Shown here: positions 17,921 through 20,250 of the stretch, one piece after another
Layout: each line of letters begins with the position of its first letter
Position numbering within the stretch: position 1 is the stretch's first letter
DNA from: Verrucomicrobiales bacterium
GTDB taxonomy: Bacteria > Verrucomicrobiota > Verrucomicrobiia > Verrucomicrobiales > V1-33
DNA: 20,250 nt
Direction of reading: 5' to 3'
NCBI GenBank assembly: GCA_046155625.1
Contig: JBJXFS010000101.1
Location: 1-20,250, forward strand
Translations under genes and position numbers: made by a program
Notes under the pieces: generated by a model
Told to the model about the DNA's origin: nothing
What the model saw: the letters and a program-made list of their open reading frames with translations, nothing else
Databases searched by the model: none

Positions 17921-20250
17921 CGGACTGTACCGCATGGGCATTCTTTATGGTTTTTCGGCCACAGGAGCCAGTGGGGACAGCAATGCTCCTCAACCAGTAG
18001 TTCGTAGCGATCGTTGCACAGCGTGACGCATGATACCCATCGCCCGTGTGCTTTTGCAGCATCAATGCCCGCCTGATTCGCAGCAACATCGGCCGGGTCG
18101 CGGGCAGGATTCCAAGGGAAGTCATTTCCATGTGCTTGTGCGGCCAGTTGGGTCAACCAACCCAACCCAGTCTGGTGTTGAAGAATGCATGAGTTGACGC
18201 AATGTCGCGTCCAACCATCATTGAGACATGCCGGATAGGGGTCATCTATAAACTCTCCAAGACGGCTCGGATCATTATCTGGATGGCGCGGCGGAACAGA
18301 GCTGGTCGGAGTTCCTGTGGGCGGAACTATTACTCCTACGCTAAGACCGAGATAGTCAGATTTATTGACCACTCCGTTCTGTAACATCTCATAGAGATTC
18401 AGCCCCCCTTCTTCCATAATGGGATCTCTATTCAACCACCTCCCATCGATCGGGTCGTAGAACCGGTAACCGTAATAATTGAGCCCTGATTCGCGGTCGG
18501 TGAATTTGGTGCTGAAGTGGAAGGGGAGGTTATCGACCCAGGGGTCGTTGGGGGCGAGGGCTGGGGGCGGGTTGGTGGCGGGTATTTTGGGCCCGGTGGC
18601 GCGGACTTCGCGGCCGAAGGCGTCGTAGTCGAGGTTGGCGGTGAGCTGGCCGGTGGCGGTGGCTGGGGACGGGCCGGCGCCGGCGGTGGTTTTGATTTGG
18701 TAGTAGTGCCGGATGTTGCCCATGTGGTCCATCATAGGGATGTGGACTTCGCCGTTGCCGCTCACTTCCTGGTAGCTGAACATGGCCACCGTCTGCGCAA
18801 TGCCCGTCTGCATCCAGGCCAGCCCCCCGACGCCGCCGGCCGCCTCCCAGGAACCGCGGGCGTACAGGCGACTCCCGATGTCCGGGCGCCAAACGCACGA
18901 CCACTTCCGCGCTGGAGGCGCCTGGTTCGCGGGATCGAGGTTCGAGATCATGACGACGTTCCAGCCGTCGTAAAGGTACCCCTCCATCGTGGCCGTACCA
19001 CCGATGATCGACTTTTTCTGGACCCGGCGGGAAAGGCCGTCGTAGGTGAACTCCAGTGTGACGGCGGGGAAGGTGGCATTGGCGAGGTAGCCCCCGGCGG
19101 GTTGGGTCCACGCGACGCTGACCATTTTCACCAACCGGTTTTCGCCATCCCAGGTGTACGACCAGCGGCCGTCGCTGAGCAGGTTGCCATCGAGGTCGTA
19201 GCGCGGCGGGCTGGCGGTGACGCTGGGCGGGACGAACTGGGTGGGCTCGTCGGTGAGGTCAACTGTTGTGCCGCCGGTTGTCTGGGAGACGGTCACTGGT
19301 TCAAAGATATCGCCGGGAACGGAGGATGGTGTATTGGCGACCTCCTTACGGAAGTAGAGGCCGGTGCCGTTCGGCTGATATCCATTGTTGGGAAGCAAGA
19401 CGGTATTGATGGTGATTTGGGCGTTGGTGCTGCTCCGTTTTCCGCTGACGTCGAACGCCTGCGGCCGGGTGATGGTGTCGTATTGGTTGAGCGAATTGGC
19501 GGTGTAGGTGGTGGAGCGGAGGCCGCTGCCCAGAGTGCTGCCGCCCCCTTCCTGGAGCTGGGTGCGGTTGCCGATGTCGTCGTAGGCGTACACGCTCTGG
19601 CTGCCGGCGAGAACTTCCGTGGCATTGAACCGCCGGTGGGCTCCGGTCACCTGGCCTTTGGTGTCGTAGTCGTAATTCCAAGTGGTATCGCCCTCGCCGC
19701 GGGTGGCGAGGCGGTTGGAATCCCAGGTGAACGGATTGTCGCGGATGGTATAGGTCCACGGGGTTCCACCCAAATAGAGCGTATAGGAAGCGAGGTGGCT
19801 CTGTGGCTGGCCGTAGCTGTTGCGCAGGATGCGGTTGTAAGTGCTGTACGGGCTGTAATAGAGACCGGTGAAGTTCACGGTGAGAGCGTCCTGGCTGGAA
19901 GTACGCGTAATCGTGCCGGTCATGCCGCCGGAAGCGACGGAACTCAGCCGATCCGCCGAGGAATAGGTGTAGGTGATGGCCGGAGAGACTTTGTCGCTGC
20001 CGGTGGTGCTGACGGCGCCGAGTTGAATGCCCCACGACGATTCGAACCGCAAAAGGCGACCGGAAGCATCGTAGGTGCGACGGAGGTGGCGGCCGGCGGC
20101 GGCGGAGGCGTCCTCCGTGAGCGGGCTGCCGTCAAAGCGCCAGGTCATGAGGTTGGTGCCGGTGGCGTCGGTGCGAGTGTTCACGAGGCCGCTGGGATGG
20201 TAGGTGTAGGTCACCGAAGGGGTGTGGAGGGCGTGGCCCGGGGCGAACGA
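17917..20250 (-). CDS. Rhs/YD-repeat polymorphic toxin. The N-terminus lies beyond the window end; the C-terminal ~140 aa are a Cys/His-rich toxin domain of unassigned family.
   Basis: Numerous YD repeats (YTYDxxG..., WNYDYDTKGQVTG, FTYDGLSRRV, ANLDYDAFGREV). The canonical Rhs core terminus YRFYDPIDGRWLNRDPIMEEGGLNLYEMLQNGVVNKSDYLGL ends near 18343. The variable C-terminal domain is 17920..~18342 and contains CLNDGWTRHC, VNSC, SCVTLC, HCCPHW and ECPCG clusters. GC content drops at the core/toxin boundary. The ORF is still open at base 20250. Confidence 0.85.
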   Translation of the reverse strand, partial: SFAPGHALHTPSVTYTYHPSGLVNTRTDATGTNLMTWRFDGSPLTEDASAAAGRHLRRTYDASGRLLRFESSWGIQLGAVSTTGSDKVSPAITYTYSSADRLSSVASGGMTGTITRTSSQDALTVNFTGLYYSPYSTYNRILRNSYGQPQSHLASYTLYLGGTPWTYTIRDNPFTWDSNRLATRGEGDTTWNYDYDTKGQVTGAHRRFNATEVLAGSQSVYAYDDIGNRTQLQEGGGSTLGSGLRSTTYTANSLNQYDTITRPQAFDVSGKRSSTNAQITINTVLLPNNGYQPNGTGLYFRKEVANTPSSVPGDIFEPVTVSQTTGGTTVDLTDEPTQFVPPSVTASPPRYDLDGNLLSDGRWSYTWDGENRLVKMVSVAWTQPAGGYLANATFPAVTLEFTYDGLSRRVQKKSIIGGTATMEGYLYDGWNVVMISNLDPANQAPPARKWSCVWRPDIGSRLYARGSWEAAGGVGGLAWMQTGIAQTVAMFSYQEVSGNGEVHIPMMDHMGNIRHYYQIKTTAGAGPSPATATGQLTANLDYDAFGREVRATGPKIPATNPPPALAPNDPWVDNLPFHFSTKFTDRESGLNYYGYRFYDPIDGRWLNRDPIMEEGGLNLYEMLQNGVVNKSDYLGLSVGVIVPPTGTPTSSVPPRHPDNDPSRLGEFIDDPYPACLNDGWTRHCVNSCILQHQTGLGWLTQLAAQAHGNDFPWNPARDPADVAANQAGIDAAKAHGRWVSCVTLCNDRYELLVEEHCCPHWLLWPKNHKECPCGTVR

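Noticed and set aside
17778-18131. 117-aa minus-strand ORF overlapping the Rhs toxin C-terminus / immunity junction
   Set aside because: It lies in a different frame from both the toxin domain and the ATGA-coupled immunity gene. It has no signal or motif and is likely spurious, although the low-GC patch makes small-ORF calling uncertain here.
18530-20035. Minus-strand ORFs 18530..19111 and 19346..20035 (His/Arg/Pro-rich)
   Set aside because: They are out-of-frame overlaps of the Rhs YD-repeat coding frame, and their composition indicates a wrong frame.

Overview
High-GC (~65%) bacterial chromosomal window, probably from a PVC-superphylum organism (Verrucomicrobia/Planctomycetes). That guess rests on a 922-aa 'PVC-type' beta-propeller dehydrogenase-like protein with a single CxxCH haem motif. 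About 19 protein-coding genes are supported. No rRNA, tRNA or CRISPR was seen by eye.

Main content, in window order:
- a VapC-like PIN toxin (57..476) with the C-terminal stub of its partner at the window edge
- an ECF sigma-factor-like gene that lacks a recognisable region 4 and overlaps a downstream secreted-protein ORF
- a canonical NfeD(YqiJ)-flotillin(YqiK) membrane-microdomain pair
- one uninterrupted 766-codon ORF that fuses an LMW protein phosphatase, ribose-5-phosphate isomerase B and serine hydroxymethyltransferase. It follows the Bacillus ywlE-rpiB-glyA operon order, with a Pro-rich linker between the first two domains.
- two tandem paralogous lipoproteins
- a spermidine-synthase-fold methyltransferase-like protein
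- a codon-usage island (16583..17492) holding a lipocalin-like secreted protein and a cupin
- at the 3' end, an Rhs/YD-repeat polymorphic toxin, partial because it runs off the window. Its ~140-aa Cys/His-rich C-terminal domain lies past the DPxGL-type boundary (here DYLGL) and matches no toxin family I recognise. It sits in a local GC trough and is translationally coupled through an ATGA overlap to a small lipoprotein, the presumed immunity protein.

Most other long ORFs in the six-frame track are antisense or out-of-frame artefacts of the high GC content. The most interesting leads are the Rhs toxin/immunity module, the tri-domain metabolic fusion, the atypical sigma-factor locus, the codon-usage island, and a 24-bp inverted repeat with tandem 9-mers in the AT-rich convergent intergenic region at 517..643.
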